From Candidatus Yanofskybacteria bacterium RIFCSPHIGHO2_01_FULL_44_24 (GTDB taxonomy: Bacteria; Patescibacteriota; Minisyncoccia; 2-02-FULL-40-12; GWA2-44-9), in assembly GCA_001794215.1 (NCBI GenBank), contig MGJK01000015.1, positions 23,684 through 87,683 of the forward strand: a stretch of DNA of 64,000 nt, in the 5' to 3' direction. Below are positions 18,567-28,730 of the stretch, piece by piece. The notes under the pieces are model-generated. The model saw nothing but the letters and a program-made list of their open reading frames with translations, was not told the origin of the DNA and did not search any database. Each line of letters starts with the position of its first letter. Positions within the stretch are counted from its first letter, which is position 1. The position numbers and the translations under genes are program-made.

Positions 18567-20801
18567 ATGCCATACACTAAAAAAATATTAGGCATAAAGG
18601 GAATGCATTGCGCTTCATGCGTTCTGACAATCGAAAAAGCACTCAAGAGGCTGGAAGGCGTACAGAGTGCTGCAGTGAATATTGCCAATGAGAAAGCTAC
18701 GGTGGAGTATGACCCGTCTAAGATTACCGATAAGGAACTATCATCGGCAGTTGCCAATGCAGGCTATAAGGCTTTGATTGATGAGGAAGTACAAACCGAA
18801 GATGAAGAAAAGAAACAAAAACAGAAAGAATTATCCGCCTTAAAGACAAAGGTTACCTGGAGTTTGATCTTCGGCGGAGCCATATTCTGGGGAAGTTTTC
18901 CCGGAATCATGGAGACTGCGCCATGGGTTCTGAAGAATTTTTGGATTCAACTTCTATTGGCAACTCCGGTCCAATTCTGGGCAGGCTGGGAATTTTATCG
19001 AGGCACGACGGTTTCTCTCCGGCACCGAACCGCGAACATGGACACCTTGGTTGCCATTGGCACAACGGTTGCCTACGGATATTCGGCCTTTGTAACGGCA
19101 TTTCCGGGTTTTGTCGAGCGTATCGGTATCGAATCTATGCCTTATTTTGACGTGGCCACCATAGTGATCGGCTTGATACTACTTGGCCGTTACTTCGAGG
19201 CGAGAGCAAAAGCCGGTACTTCGGAAGCCATTAAAAAGCTGATGGGCTTGCAGGCTAAGACGGCTCGCGTCGTACGCGGCGGGAGAGAGTCGGATATTCC
19301 GATAAACGAAGTGATCATAGACGATGTCATACGGGTCCGTCCGGGAGATAAAATTCCCGTCGATGGTATCATTGTCGACGGGGACTCATCAATTGATGAG
19401 TCAATGGTAACCGGGGAAAGTATCCCGGTAGACAAATCGCCGGGCGATTCCATCATAGGGGCGGCTATCAATAAAAGCGGGACATTTACTTTCAAAGCTA
19501 CTCGCGTCGGCTCAGAGACAATGCTTGCCCAGATCATCAAACTCGTTCAAGAAGCCCAGGGTTCTAAGGCGCCAATTCAGCGTTTGGCCGACCTTGTATC
19601 TTCTTATTTTGTTCCTGTTGTTATTATGCTGGCGATAGCCACCTTCGTCATCTGGTATGACATCGGACCGAATCCGGCATTACTTTTCGCCTTATTGAAT
19701 ACGGTTGCGGTGCTGATCATTGCCTGTCCCTGCGCCATGGGCCTTGCAACACCGACTGCCATAATGGTAGGAACGGGCAAGGGAGCGGAACACGGAATAC
19801 TTATTAAGGATGCGGAAAGTCTCGAGATTGCCCATAAAATAAAAACTATTATCTTTGATAAAACCGGCACACTTACAGAGGGAGAACCTAAAGTCACCGA
19901 TGTTATCGCCTATGAAGGATTTACGGAGCAGGATATTTTACGCTATGAGGCCAGCTTGGAAGTAGGCTCGAATCATCCTCTTGCAAAAGCCATAATCACC
20001 GAAACAGAATCAAGGAGAGCGCTTCCGTTGGAACCTATAGAAAAATTTCAGTCAGTTCCCGGCCATGGGATCAGAGCCTTAATACAAGATAAGCATGTTT
20101 TAGCTGGAAAAGAAAAATTAATTTCTGACGAGGGTATTCAAACTAAAAAAGCCAAATCTGACATAGAGAGATTGTCTAACGAGGGTAAGACGTTGAGCCT
20201 GCTTGCGGTTGACGGACAATTGGCCGGGATCATTGCTGCGGCGGATACGGTTAAGCCCTCAGCGAAAGAGGCGGTTGAAAAACTAAAAAAAGCCGGAATA
20301 GAGGTGGTTATGTTAACGGGCGACAATTTGCGTACCGGTCAAGCAATCGCTAAGCAGTTAGGGATCGCCAGAATATTGGCAGAGATTTTACCCGACCAGA
20401 AAGAAGCAGAGGTCAGAAAAATACAAGCTGAAGGAAAAACTGTTGCAATGGTTGGAGATGGGATAAACGACGCTCCGGCCTTAGCCGTTGCTGATGTGGG
20501 TATAGCAATGGGAACAGGCACCGATGTTGCAATAGAAGCGGCGGATATAACACTGATCAATAAAGACCTGCGCTCTGTTTCGGCCGCTATCATTCTTTCC
20601 AAGAAAACAATGCGAACGATAAAGCAGAACCTCTTTTGGGCTTTTGCCTACAATATAATCCTGATACCTGTGGCCATGGGTGCACTGTATCCATTTTGGG
20701 GGATTCTATTGAATCCCATATTCGCTTCCGTAGCAATGGCCACAAGCTCTATTTCGGTCGTTTCAAACTCACTTCTTCTCAAGCGCAAGCGCATAATCTA
20801 A
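18567..20801 (+). CDS. copA: Copper-translocating P1B-type ATPase
   Basis: GMHCASC, TGES, CPC, DKTGT, HP, GDGINDAP, YN, MATSS. Confidence 0.95.
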   Translation: MPYTKKILGIKGMHCASCVLTIEKALKRLEGVQSAAVNIANEKATVEYDPSKITDKELSSAVANAGYKALIDEEVQTEDEEKKQKQKELSALKTKVTWSLIFGGAIFWGSFPGIMETAPWVLKNFWIQLLLATPVQFWAGWEFYRGTTVSLRHRTANMDTLVAIGTTVAYGYSAFVTAFPGFVERIGIESMPYFDVATIVIGLILLGRYFEARAKAGTSEAIKKLMGLQAKTARVVRGGRESDIPINEVIIDDVIRVRPGDKIPVDGIIVDGDSSIDESMVTGESIPVDKSPGDSIIGAAINKSGTFTFKATRVGSETMLAQIIKLVQEAQGSKAPIQRLADLVSSYFVPVVIMLAIATFVIWYDIGPNPALLFALLNTVAVLIIACPCAMGLATPTAIMVGTGKGAEHGILIKDAESLEIAHKIKTIIFDKTGTLTEGEPKVTDVIAYEGFTEQDILRYEASLEVGSNHPLAKAIITETESRRALPLEPIEKFQSVPGHGIRALIQDKHVLAGKEKLISDEGIQTKKAKSDIERLSNEGKTLSLLAVDGQLAGIIAAADTVKPSAKEAVEKLKKAGIEVVMLTGDNLRTGQAIAKQLGIARILAEILPDQKEAEVRKIQAEGKTVAMVGDGINDAPALAVADVGIAMGTGTDVAIEAADITLINKDLRSVSAAIILSKKTMRTIKQNLFWAFAYNIILIPVAMGALYPFWGILLNPIFASVAMATSSISVVSNSLLLKRKRII

Positions 20802-20912
20802 TAATCACCGATACCCCTGATCGTCGAGAGTGTTTTGTCTGCCAATGACCTGAAGAAAGAAAGGAATTATATACTCAAAGGTATTGCTTAGTTTAAGGGC
20901 CCAGTCTTCCAA

Positions 20913-21197
20913 ATGAAAAACGAGAAACCACCTACAACAGAAACCCCGTACTTCCCGGCGCAGGAATTGAAGGCCTGGATCGAGGAAACCTACAAGGATA
21001 GCGATACCTATGGGCAAGAACTTAAAAATGCCCATATCAGAGCTATCGAGGATAAGAATATAGAGGGTTTAAAAAAACTGTCTCGAGTTATGTTTGTCCA
21101 GATATCGCGATTGAGACAAGAGTCTAAAGAGAACTGGGAGATGACCGAAATGATTCATAGGAAGCTTGATAGGTGGTTAGAGCAAAGAGGACGGTAG
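20913..21197 (+). CDS. Hypothetical helical protein
   Basis: 94-aa ORF. Confidence 0.5.
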   Translation: MKNEKPPTTETPYFPAQELKAWIEETYKDSDTYGQELKNAHIRAIEDKNIEGLKKLSRVMFVQISRLRQESKENWEMTEMIHRKLDRWLEQRGR

Positions 21198-21227
21198 CCT
21201 AATAAATTTAGACCCGGCGTTATTCTA

Positions 21228-21318
21228 TTGACATCGCAAACTCTGTTTGTTATACTCAGAACAGTAAAGAACGGGGACGCCCGTTCTTCACCCCGGCTTT
21301 GTCTGGGGGTTTCTTTTT
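21228..21318 (+). promoter_or_regulatory. Sigma70 promoter, hairpin and intrinsic terminator (tiny RNA or attenuated typA leader)
   Basis: TTGACA-17-TATACT; AAGAACGGG/CCCGTTCTT hairpin; CCCCGG/CTGGGG hairpin followed by a T-run. Confidence 0.6.
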
Positions 21319-21542
21319 ATAGTCTTTAAAAGACTATAAAGCATTAAAATTATAGCGTTCAGCGGTTTTATAAAAACTTCTGTGTTTACCTGAGTTCGAG
21401 GCAAAATCGAGTATCAATTCGAGGCGTAGTTAAAGCTACGGCGAGAATTAAACGGAGATTTTAACAAAGAAATCAGTTAAACCTGGAAGGTGCGCCGTAG
21501 GCCTGTAATGACGTAGGCCAGGCTCACACAAAGTTTTAAACA

Positions 21543-23339
21543 ATGGAAATAAGAAATATAGCAATAATCGCCCATGTAGACCATGGCAAAACTACTCTGA
21601 CTGACGCCCTGATGCGCCAGACCGGATTTGCCGTCGAAGGAGCCACTATGGACTCGAACACGCTCGAAAAAGAGCGTGGCATTACGATATACGCAAAGAA
21701 CGCCTCAATTGCCTATAAGGATACCAAAATTAACATAGTCGATACGCCTGGACATGCCGATTTCGGATCGGAAGTGGAACGGGTACTGCGATCAATCGAC
21801 TCGGTACTCTTAGTCGTTGACGCTCAAGAAGGACCGATGCCGCAAACACGCTTCGTCCTCAAGAAATCTCTTGAATTAGGATTAAAGCCGATTGTGGTCA
21901 TCAACAAAATAGACAAACCGGCTGCCGATCCGGTTAAATGCGAGGAACACGTTCTCGATCTCTTTTTAGAGCTTGGCGCCAAAGATGACCAGGCTGATTT
22001 CCCTATCGTTTACACAATAGGCAGGCTCGGAATCGCCAAGAAAAAACTTTCAGACGAGTCCTCTGATCTGACTCCTCTTTTGGACACGATTCTTGAGCAT
22101 GTTCCCTGCGCTTCATCGGATGAACTGATGGATAAAACGTTGATGCTTCAGTCGTTTAACTTAGGCTATGACAACTTTTTGGGCCGTTTGGCTGTGGGGA
22201 GAATTTATCAGGGTACGGTTACCTCCGGTCAAAATGTTTTCGTCAAAAAACCCAGCGGGGACACCCGCTCAGGGAAAATAACTAAAATATTCACCTTCAG
22301 CGGTCTTGAGAAAATAGATACGGATAAGGCCACTACCGGGGATATAGTAATGATAGCCGGGTTACCGGATATTTATATAGGCGAAACGGTAACCGATAAT
22401 GAGAAAGCTTCTCCCTTACCTGCCATTGCAGTGGATGAGCCGACCATTGCTCTTAATTTTTTGGTTAATAACTCCCCCTTCGCCGGCCGGGAAGGCAAAT
22501 TCGTAACTTCAAGACAAATCAGAGAGTATTTAGAGCGCGAGCTCGAAGTTAATGTAGGACTTCATATTGATTTTGCATCAATGGATACCTTTAGAGTGCT
22601 TGGACGCGGAGAACTCCATATCGCTATACTTTTAGAAAATATGAGGCGAGCCGGTTACGAACTTCAGGTTTCCCAGCCCCAGGTAATTATCCGCGAAGAT
22701 AACGGAATTAAAACGGAACCTTTTGAAGAAGTAATCGTGGATACGCCCAAAGAATATCAAGGCACTATAATCGAGCGATTAGGCATGCGAGGATTCATAA
22801 TGAATAATATGTCCGTCAGCGACGAATTAGTAAGGCTATCTTTTGAAGGTCCGACTCGCGGACTCTTGGGCTATAGAAACCAGTTTATTATAGATACCAA
22901 GGGTGAAGGAATTATGTCTTCGCGGGTTGTAGGCTTTAAACAATACGCCGGCGATATACGCAAAAAATCTGTAGGCTCCATGATCTCTATGGCTAACGGC
23001 AAAGCCCTTGGATTCGCTCTCTGGAATCTACAAGACAGAGGGATGCTCTATGTGGGTCCCGGCATTGAAGTATATGAAGGCATGGTTATAGGCAACACCT
23101 CAAAAGGAGAAGAGATGCATGTAAACCCCACCAAGGGCAAAAAATTGACCAATATGAGGGCTTCCGGAGCTGATGAGGCCATAGACCTCATTCCGCCGGT
23201 TCCCCTCACTATAGAGCGCGGACTTGAAGTGATGGCCGAAGATGAATACCTTGAAATAACTCCCCAAAGCGTAAGACTAAGAAAGCAGTACCTTACCGAA
23301 AATGACCGATCAAAAGCCCGAAGAGCACAAAACGAGTAG
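21543..23339 (+). CDS. typA: Translational GTPase TypA/BipA
   Basis: [28 protein letters not shown]-terminal LTNMRASG. Confidence 0.96.
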   Translation: MEIRNIAIIAHVDHGKTTLTDALMRQTGFAVEGATMDSNTLEKERGITIYAKNASIAYKDTKINIVDTPGHADFGSEVERVLRSIDSVLLVVDAQEGPMPQTRFVLKKSLELGLKPIVVINKIDKPAADPVKCEEHVLDLFLELGAKDDQADFPIVYTIGRLGIAKKKLSDESSDLTPLLDTILEHVPCASSDELMDKTLMLQSFNLGYDNFLGRLAVGRIYQGTVTSGQNVFVKKPSGDTRSGKITKIFTFSGLEKIDTDKATTGDIVMIAGLPDIYIGETVTDNEKASPLPAIAVDEPTIALNFLVNNSPFAGREGKFVTSRQIREYLERELEVNVGLHIDFASMDTFRVLGRGELHIAILLENMRRAGYELQVSQPQVIIREDNGIKTEPFEEVIVDTPKEYQGTIIERLGMRGFIMNNMSVSDELVRLSFEGPTRGLLGYRNQFIIDTKGEGIMSSRVVGFKQYAGDIRKKSVGSMISMANGKALGFALWNLQDRGMLYVGPGIEVYEGMVIGNTSKGEEMHVNPTKGKKLTNMRASGADEAIDLIPPVPLTIERGLEVMAEDEYLEITPQSVRLRKQYLTENDRSKARRAQNE

Positions 23340-23402
23340 AGCATACATATGCATAATGAACAACCACGGCCGTAAGACCGTGGTTGTTCATATGACCTTA
23401 AA

Positions 23403-24485
23403 TCACTCTGTCAGCTCTATGATCGCCAACTCAAGAGGGAGCTGTGGAATCGGAGACGATTTTATGCCTTCCCGGGCAGAAATAAAAAGATTCAAAATGG
23501 ATGCTATTTTCTTTGGTTCAAGAGATGACGATAGGGCAGCTATAAATTTTACTTCTCCATCCAGCAGATTATCTCCTACGGACGCCAGAGTAGCCGGACT
23601 TACTCTATGCAAAAGGACTTTGCGCAGATAATTTATAAAATTACCGGCAAAGTTATCCAAGTCGATGCCTGATTCATGCATCTTGCTTATAAAATTTAAG
23701 GCCGCCGTCCGGTCATTATTGACAATATAACCAAGCAGTTCGGGATGGTAGCTGAAGGGTATCAGGCCCAGTAGTTCGCCGACATCTTCGGCTGTAACTT
23801 TTTTACCCCGGCTCACAGCTTGTATTTTGGAAAGGGCAACTTCCGGGTCCCGTAAAGCTCCGTCGGAAGAAACGGCAATAGAGACCAGGGCATCGTCGTT
23901 GATACTAATCTTTTCCGTCTTGGCAATTTCTCTTAACTTACCGAGAATTTGTTCGGACGAAAGCCTCTTAAAATCAAACCTCTGAACCCGGGAAAGAACA
24001 GTGAGAGGTATCTTGTGAGCTTCCGTCGTGGCTAAAATAAAAACAACATGCGCCGGCGGTTCTTCTAATATCTTCAGCAGAGCATTGAAAGCGGCCTGAG
24101 TAAGCATATGGACCTCGTCTATTATAAAAACCTTATAACCTCCGCTCGGAGCAGCGACTCCGGCCGAATCCTTAATGTTACGGATTTCATCAATGCCCCG
24201 ATTGGAAGCGGCATCTATTTCTATCAGGTCCAATGATCTATTGGTCGTAATGGCTGTGCATGAGTCACAAGTATTATCGGGATCTCCGTTTACGTCTCTT
24301 TTCTGACAGTTTAGAGCCTTAGCCATAAGACGGGCTATGGTTGTCTTGCCGGTCCCTCGAGGTCCGGTGAATAAGTAAGCGTGACCAGTCCGCCCGCTTA
24401 AAAGAGCCCCGCACAAAGTCTGGATAACATGTTCTTGCCCCACAACTTCAGAGAATTTTTGAGGACGATATTTACGATACAGCAT
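23403..24485 (-). CDS. dnaX: DNA polymerase III subunit gamma/tau
   Basis: LYRKYRP, GPRGTGKT, EIDAASN, IIDEVHML; start reassigned to MLYRKY. Confidence 0.93.
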   Translation of the reverse strand: MLYRKYRPQKFSEVVGQEHVIQTLCGALLSGRTGHAYLFTGPRGTGKTTIARLMAKALNCQKRDVNGDPDNTCDSCTAITTNRSLDLIEIDAASNRGIDEIRNIKDSAGVAAPSGGYKVFIIDEVHMLTQAAFNALLKILEEPPAHVVFILATTEAHKIPLTVLSRVQRFDFKRLSSEQILGKLREIAKTEKISINDDALVSIAVSSDGALRDPEVALSKIQAVSRGKKVTAEDVGELLGLIPFSYHPELLGYIVNNDRTAALNFISKMHESGIDLDNFAGNFINYLRKVLLHRVSPATLASVGDNLLDGEVKFIAALSSSLEPKKIASILNLFISAREGIKSSPIPQLPLELAIIELTE

Positions 24486-24540
24486 GATGATTTTGTCTAT
24501 GAGGAGATCTGACCTTGCGACGAATAGCCACAAAATCATC

Positions 24541-24802
24541 ACCCCGCCCTCTAAGCGCTTATTCTTAGCTTGAGAGCCCTCCAAGCACTACCATAGTGTT
24601 TTAATCTTTTCTCTCTATCTCTTTAATCTTTTCTCTCTATCTCTTTAATCTTTTCAGATAGGTAAGCTTCATAATAGAGTAGAATGGTTTTCTGCTTTTG
24701 TTGATGCTCCTTAATCCGTCTTCTTAAATCGCCTGTATAACCAATATAGAACTTACCCTCATTAAATTTTAATACATAAACAAAATGCATAGAGGGCGGG
24801 GT
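24541..24802. mobile_element. Mini-element: GIY-YIG gene bounded by 13-bp inverted repeats
   Basis: accccgccctcta (24541-24553) and tagagggcggggt (24790-24802) are exact reverse complements. Confidence 0.55.
24551..24790 (-). pseudogene. Small GIY-YIG nuclease with an in-frame TAA inside a 22-bp tandem duplication
   Basis: FVYVL, FYIGYTGDLRRRIKEH, YYEAY; frame continues after TAA(24623) as RDREKRLKHYGSAW. Confidence 0.75.
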
Positions 24803-24826
24803 CAAGGTTCGTCAGCCAAAAATTAT

Positions 24827-25492
24827 CTACTGCTGTGCTAATTTTTGGGACGAGCCCTTGAACACCACTATTCTAAACCCAATAAAGCTAAAAACAAGAG
24901 CAACTGCAGACCCGGCAACGCCCCCTACATTAGCCCATGCCTGCGCGCTGGTTCCGAACAGCGGTCCGACTACGTTCACCAAAAGCGAAGCAACCCCAAC
25001 GTTTACCAAACCCGACATCACAGAAACTGCAATGAATTTGGCAAACTCCGTTCCAGCATGAGCGCTCGTTCCCGAATCGAAAACCCAATATTTATTCCAG
25101 AAGTAGCTATGAAAAGCTGCTAAAGTAAAGGCTGTGCCGACAAAAACAGAATACCAAACTCCCGAAGCTATATCGGAAAAGGCTATCAACAAATTAAGCG
25201 TTCCGGCATAGACGGCAAAATTAGTAAATCCTATAGCGGCAAACCTGCCAAACTGATTGAAGAATCCCATCCATCGGCCCAGAAAATAGCCCAAGTTTAC
25301 CCCAAGAATCCAAACCACTGGAACGATCAGCATAAAAAGCTCGTTAGGAAGGTCGACTGATACGGACAGAAAATTACCCGCCATTAGAAATGGATTTAAT
25401 TTTAAGAAGTCCAGTATTTTCCAGGCTATAAAACCGGTATAAAAACCGGAGAAGATTGCTGAAAATAAATCTTTTTTCGTAAATTTGTTCAT
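24827..25492 (-). CDS. GtrA family protein
   Basis: QFGRFAAIG, SYFWNKYWVF, FAKF motifs; multi-TM. Confidence 0.85.
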   Translation of the reverse strand: MNKFTKKDLFSAIFSGFYTGFIAWKILDFLKLNPFLMAGNFLSVSVDLPNELFMLIVPVVWILGVNLGYFLGRWMGFFNQFGRFAAIGFTNFAVYAGTLNLLIAFSDIASGVWYSVFVGTAFTLAAFHSYFWNKYWVFDSGTSAHAGTEFAKFIAVSVMSGLVNVGVASLLVNVVGPLFGTSAQAWANVGGVAGSAVALVFSFIGFRIVVFKGSSQKLAQQ

Positions 25493-25494
25493 AG

Positions 25495-27861
25495 TTAAAC
25501 TTTGCCGTACTTAAGCCGGGAATTTTCTTTGATTTTCCGGGCAAATTCAGGATCAGACGGCCGCTTGGGTTCAATTTTGATATTGAACGGACGCGTCGTT
25601 TGATTATTAATTAGTAGTTTTATATAGCAATTAAAATTATCTATATTTAAAAGGTCTTGCGGGCTGAAAATCGGTTCAAATTGGTTCTTAAGATACTCGG
25701 CGTCATCGGCTCCTACTCGAAATGTGGAGATTGAACCGACATTTCCAAAAACCGCATCTCTGATCTTATCGGTCAGCTGTCTTATGAACTGATTGGCGAT
25801 CGTCAGATCCAGACGGTATTTTCTCGCCTCAGCTAAAATAGTAGCTATGCTCTCGGTCGTGAAATTCTGAAACTCATCTATGTACAGGTAGAAGTCCGCC
25901 CTCTGTTCTTCAGGAATATCGACTCTTGACAGCGAAGACATTAGGAGTTTGCCGACTATTATCATGCCGAGAAGATTGGCGTTGATATCCCCTATCCGTC
26001 CTTTTGAAAGATTGACCAGCAAGATTTTCTTCTGATCCATGACCTGTCTGAAATTAAATGCGCTCTTTGGCTGGGAAAGTATCGGCCTTAAAAATTCGTT
26101 GGCTATAAACCCGTTGATTTTAGAAGTTATATAAGGAGCCATATTGGCCAAAGCCGCTTCTCCGCCTGCTTTCTCGGCCTCTAATAGCCAAAAATCTCGG
26201 ACTATGGGATTGGTCTCTCTGGTCAGCTTATCCCGGCGGTATTTCTCATCCGTCAGAACCTTGGGAATATTAACCAAAGTCGGTATTTCAAACTGATGGT
26301 CATCCATGAGAAGAAGCATGGCGTTTCTGAAATACTGATCAAACATCGGACCCATTGTTTCCGCCAAAAAAAGCTTCTGAAATATGCCGAGCATCTCGTT
26401 TACTATAAATGTTTTCTGTTCCGGAAATTTCGGATCAAATTCGAGCATGTTAAGACCCAGGGGCTTCGCAACATCGGCCGGATCAAAAACTATAACATCA
26501 TCGATTCTTTCTTTGGGAATAAACCCTAAAATAGCTTCGATGGCCGTCCCGTGAGGATCTATAAAACAAGCACCGTCCCCGTTTACTATGTCCTGATAAA
26601 TCATATTCTCCATGAAGGTCGATTTACCGGTACCGGTCTGGCCTAAAACGTAAAGATGCCTTCGCCGGTCATTTCGAGTAATGCGTACTACGTTATCAAC
26701 ACCCCTGAAAGTATTCTTGCCCAAGATAATGCCTTCTCTCGGCAGGTTAGGGGGCGGTTCAGCCGGTTTGGCTTTTAAGAACTTGATCTTGGGAGCAAGC
26801 GTCGTGGCAATGGGAAGATGATAAAGGCTGGCTAACTCTTCGGTTGATAGAACCATCTTATGAGAATCGTCAAAAAGCCTAAAGGAAAAATTGAACAGCT
26901 GATCCTTAAGAGACAGACCCTTGACCTTAACCGCCTCCAGCGAGTTCATGTCCGGTGCGGCAAATTGAACAAAAGCTCCGTTGATTTCATTTAAAATCTG
27001 CTCGGCCCGGATCTGTTCTTTGGCTGAAACGGCTAAGCGTATGTTTACATCAAATAACGGCCGGGAAGCCTTATTCTGAATTGATTTTATAACCTCCCCC
27101 TCCATCGGAGTCATGATTACTGTTTCTTTGGGCTTTTCTTTGGCCTGTTCTTCCGGAGTCTTGGGCTTGGGAGGACTCTTGGCTCTTGAAACAGCCGTTG
27201 AGAATTTATATCCAAGCTGCATTTCTTTGGCCACTTTCTGGGCTAAATCCTTATAGGTATTGTGGGACGGCCTTATCAGTACCTGAATGGCCGCCCCCTC
27301 GCCCTCCGCTTCCAATTTGGAAAGCGCGGTCGCTAATCCTCCCAAGGGATCGGACTCTAAGTGCTGATAGGTCCTGAATGGCAGCATAAAATTGTCCTTC
27401 AGCTTCAGGTACGCGCCGGCAGCAACCCCGTTAGGGTTGAAAATGTTATAATCCTTAACTCTCTGGATTTCAGCCAAAGGAAAAACTCCATGAACTTGTT
27501 TTTCGAAAATCTGCTCATAGCTCCTTGGCACCGAAACATAGAAGTGAATCTCCTCGCCGATATGATGGACAGACATTTCCAGAGCTATATAGGGTTCTCC
27601 GTAAATAAATTTATTCCAGCCTACCGCATGCAAATTAGCGAAAGAGGAGTACAGCTGTTCCATCACCGAAATCAATTCTTTTTCATTTTTTTGCGATGAC
27701 GACTGTGAAGGGGCGTCTTTGGGAAGAGTAATTAAAAAAAGCGACATATTCAGCGCTCTTGAGATACTCCTCTTTCTCTTAAAAGTTTCATACCAGATAA
27801 AGCCCACGACAAAAAGAGCGACTAAGGAGATGAAGTAAATGATGAGAAAAAACGTGGACAC
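25495..27861 (-). CDS. VirD4/TraD-HerA-like (DUF87) ATPase, CPR type
   Basis: DRRRHLYVLGQTGTGKS, IDPHG, LYIDEFQNF, EARKYRL; N-terminal TM. Confidence 0.85.
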   Translation of the reverse strand: MSTFFLIIYFISLVALFVVGFIWYETFKRKRSISRALNMSLFLITLPKDAPSQSSSQKNEKELISVMEQLYSSFANLHAVGWNKFIYGEPYIALEMSVHHIGEEIHFYVSVPRSYEQIFEKQVHGVFPLAEIQRVKDYNIFNPNGVAAGAYLKLKDNFMLPFRTYQHLESDPLGGLATALSKLEAEGEGAAIQVLIRPSHNTYKDLAQKVAKEMQLGYKFSTAVSRAKSPPKPKTPEEQAKEKPKETVIMTPMEGEVIKSIQNKASRPLFDVNIRLAVSAKEQIRAEQILNEINGAFVQFAAPDMNSLEAVKVKGLSLKDQLFNFSFRLFDDSHKMVLSTEELASLYHLPIATTLAPKIKFLKAKPAEPPPNLPREGIILGKNTFRGVDNVVRITRNDRRRHLYVLGQTGTGKSTFMENMIYQDIVNGDGACFIDPHGTAIEAILGFIPKERIDDVIVFDPADVAKPLGLNMLEFDPKFPEQKTFIVNEMLGIFQKLFLAETMGPMFDQYFRNAMLLLMDDHQFEIPTLVNIPKVLTDEKYRRDKLTRETNPIVRDFWLLEAEKAGGEAALANMAPYITSKINGFIANEFLRPILSQPKSAFNFRQVMDQKKILLVNLSKGRIGDINANLLGMIIVGKLLMSSLSRVDIPEEQRADFYLYIDEFQNFTTESIATILAEARKYRLDLTIANQFIRQLTDKIRDAVFGNVGSISTFRVGADDAEYLKNQFEPIFSPQDLLNIDNFNCYIKLLINNQTTRPFNIKIEPKRPSDPEFARKIKENSRLKYGKV

Positions 27862-27871
27862 AACTATGGCG

Positions 27872-28303
27872 TTAATCTATTTTATCGAGCTTCCTTTTTT
27901 CAATTAAGGCTACATAGAGCTCGTCGCACAGAATAGCGTGAAATGCGTCCATAAGGGCCGGATTGTTCTCTTTTGCCGCCTGTCTGATGCCGTCTTCAAG
28001 ATTGGTATCAAAAACCATCTTAACCAAGTCGTCAACCTTGGCTTTGAGTTCTGGATCTAAATAGCTGAGTCCGCTATCATCGGAAGATCTGGAGGCAGGA
28101 CCTGTGTTTTGATAAGCCGGCACATGCTGGCTGATTTTTTCTTCCAAAATAGACTTAAGAACTTCTTTTTCTCCGTCTTTGACCGATTCGGCCTGTCCTC
28201 CGGAAGGAATTTCTTTGTGCTCTAAAAGAGCCCTCTTCTCTTGAAGCTCTTTTTCTAAATTTGCTATATCTTGCTCGATTGAAGCTGAAGGTGTTTCTAG
28301 CAT
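27872..28303 (-). CDS. Hypothetical protein
   Basis: 143 aa; C-terminal ALMDAFH motif; directly upstream of the ATPase. Confidence 0.65.
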   Translation of the reverse strand: MLETPSASIEQDIANLEKELQEKRALLEHKEIPSGGQAESVKDGEKEVLKSILEEKISQHVPAYQNTGPASRSSDDSGLSYLDPELKAKVDDLVKMVFDTNLEDGIRQAAKENNPALMDAFHAILCDELYVALIEKRKLDKID

Positions 28304-28420
28304 GACTTAGTCATCTAAGACCTCTTAAGTATACCAGAGTTACAAATAGTTGCATCCACAGTACTCAAAAAGGCCTTTCGGCCGTTCTTGATGCTAAGTA
28401 AAGTAGGGATGGGCTGGATG

Positions 28421-28717
28421 CTACGACAATTTTTCTGACCATTTTGCTATCAGTATGTCGACTGCTTTCTGCTGTTCTTTGGCTGCTGCCGCCCACCTCT
28501 TCTCCTGCTCCCGTAAGAACAGCTCTCCTTCAAAAGCAATCTGATCTAATGTCTCTTTTTCGGCTTCCAAGGCGTCTAAAAGGCGAAAAACCATAGACTC
28601 CGGCAGTTTATCCAAATTCTCAATCAGGGAAGATTTAACCTTCCCATCCAAAGGAGAAGCGGCCAGTAGTTTGCCTATTTTGTCTGCTATTTCTTTCTGT
28701 ACTTTTTTTAGAGCCAT
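28421..28717 (-). CDS. Hypothetical helical protein
   Basis: 98-aa ORF. Confidence 0.6.
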   Translation of the reverse strand: MALKKVQKEIADKIGKLLAASPLDGKVKSSLIENLDKLPESMVFRLLDALEAEKETLDQIAFEGELFLREQEKRWAAAAKEQQKAVDILIAKWSEKLS

Positions 28718-28730
28718 AGTATTAAATTAA

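Noticed and set aside
24486-24584. N-terminal extension of dnaX in the ORF track
   Set aside because: The conserved LYRKYRP start is at 24485; the extension overlaps the GIY-YIG element
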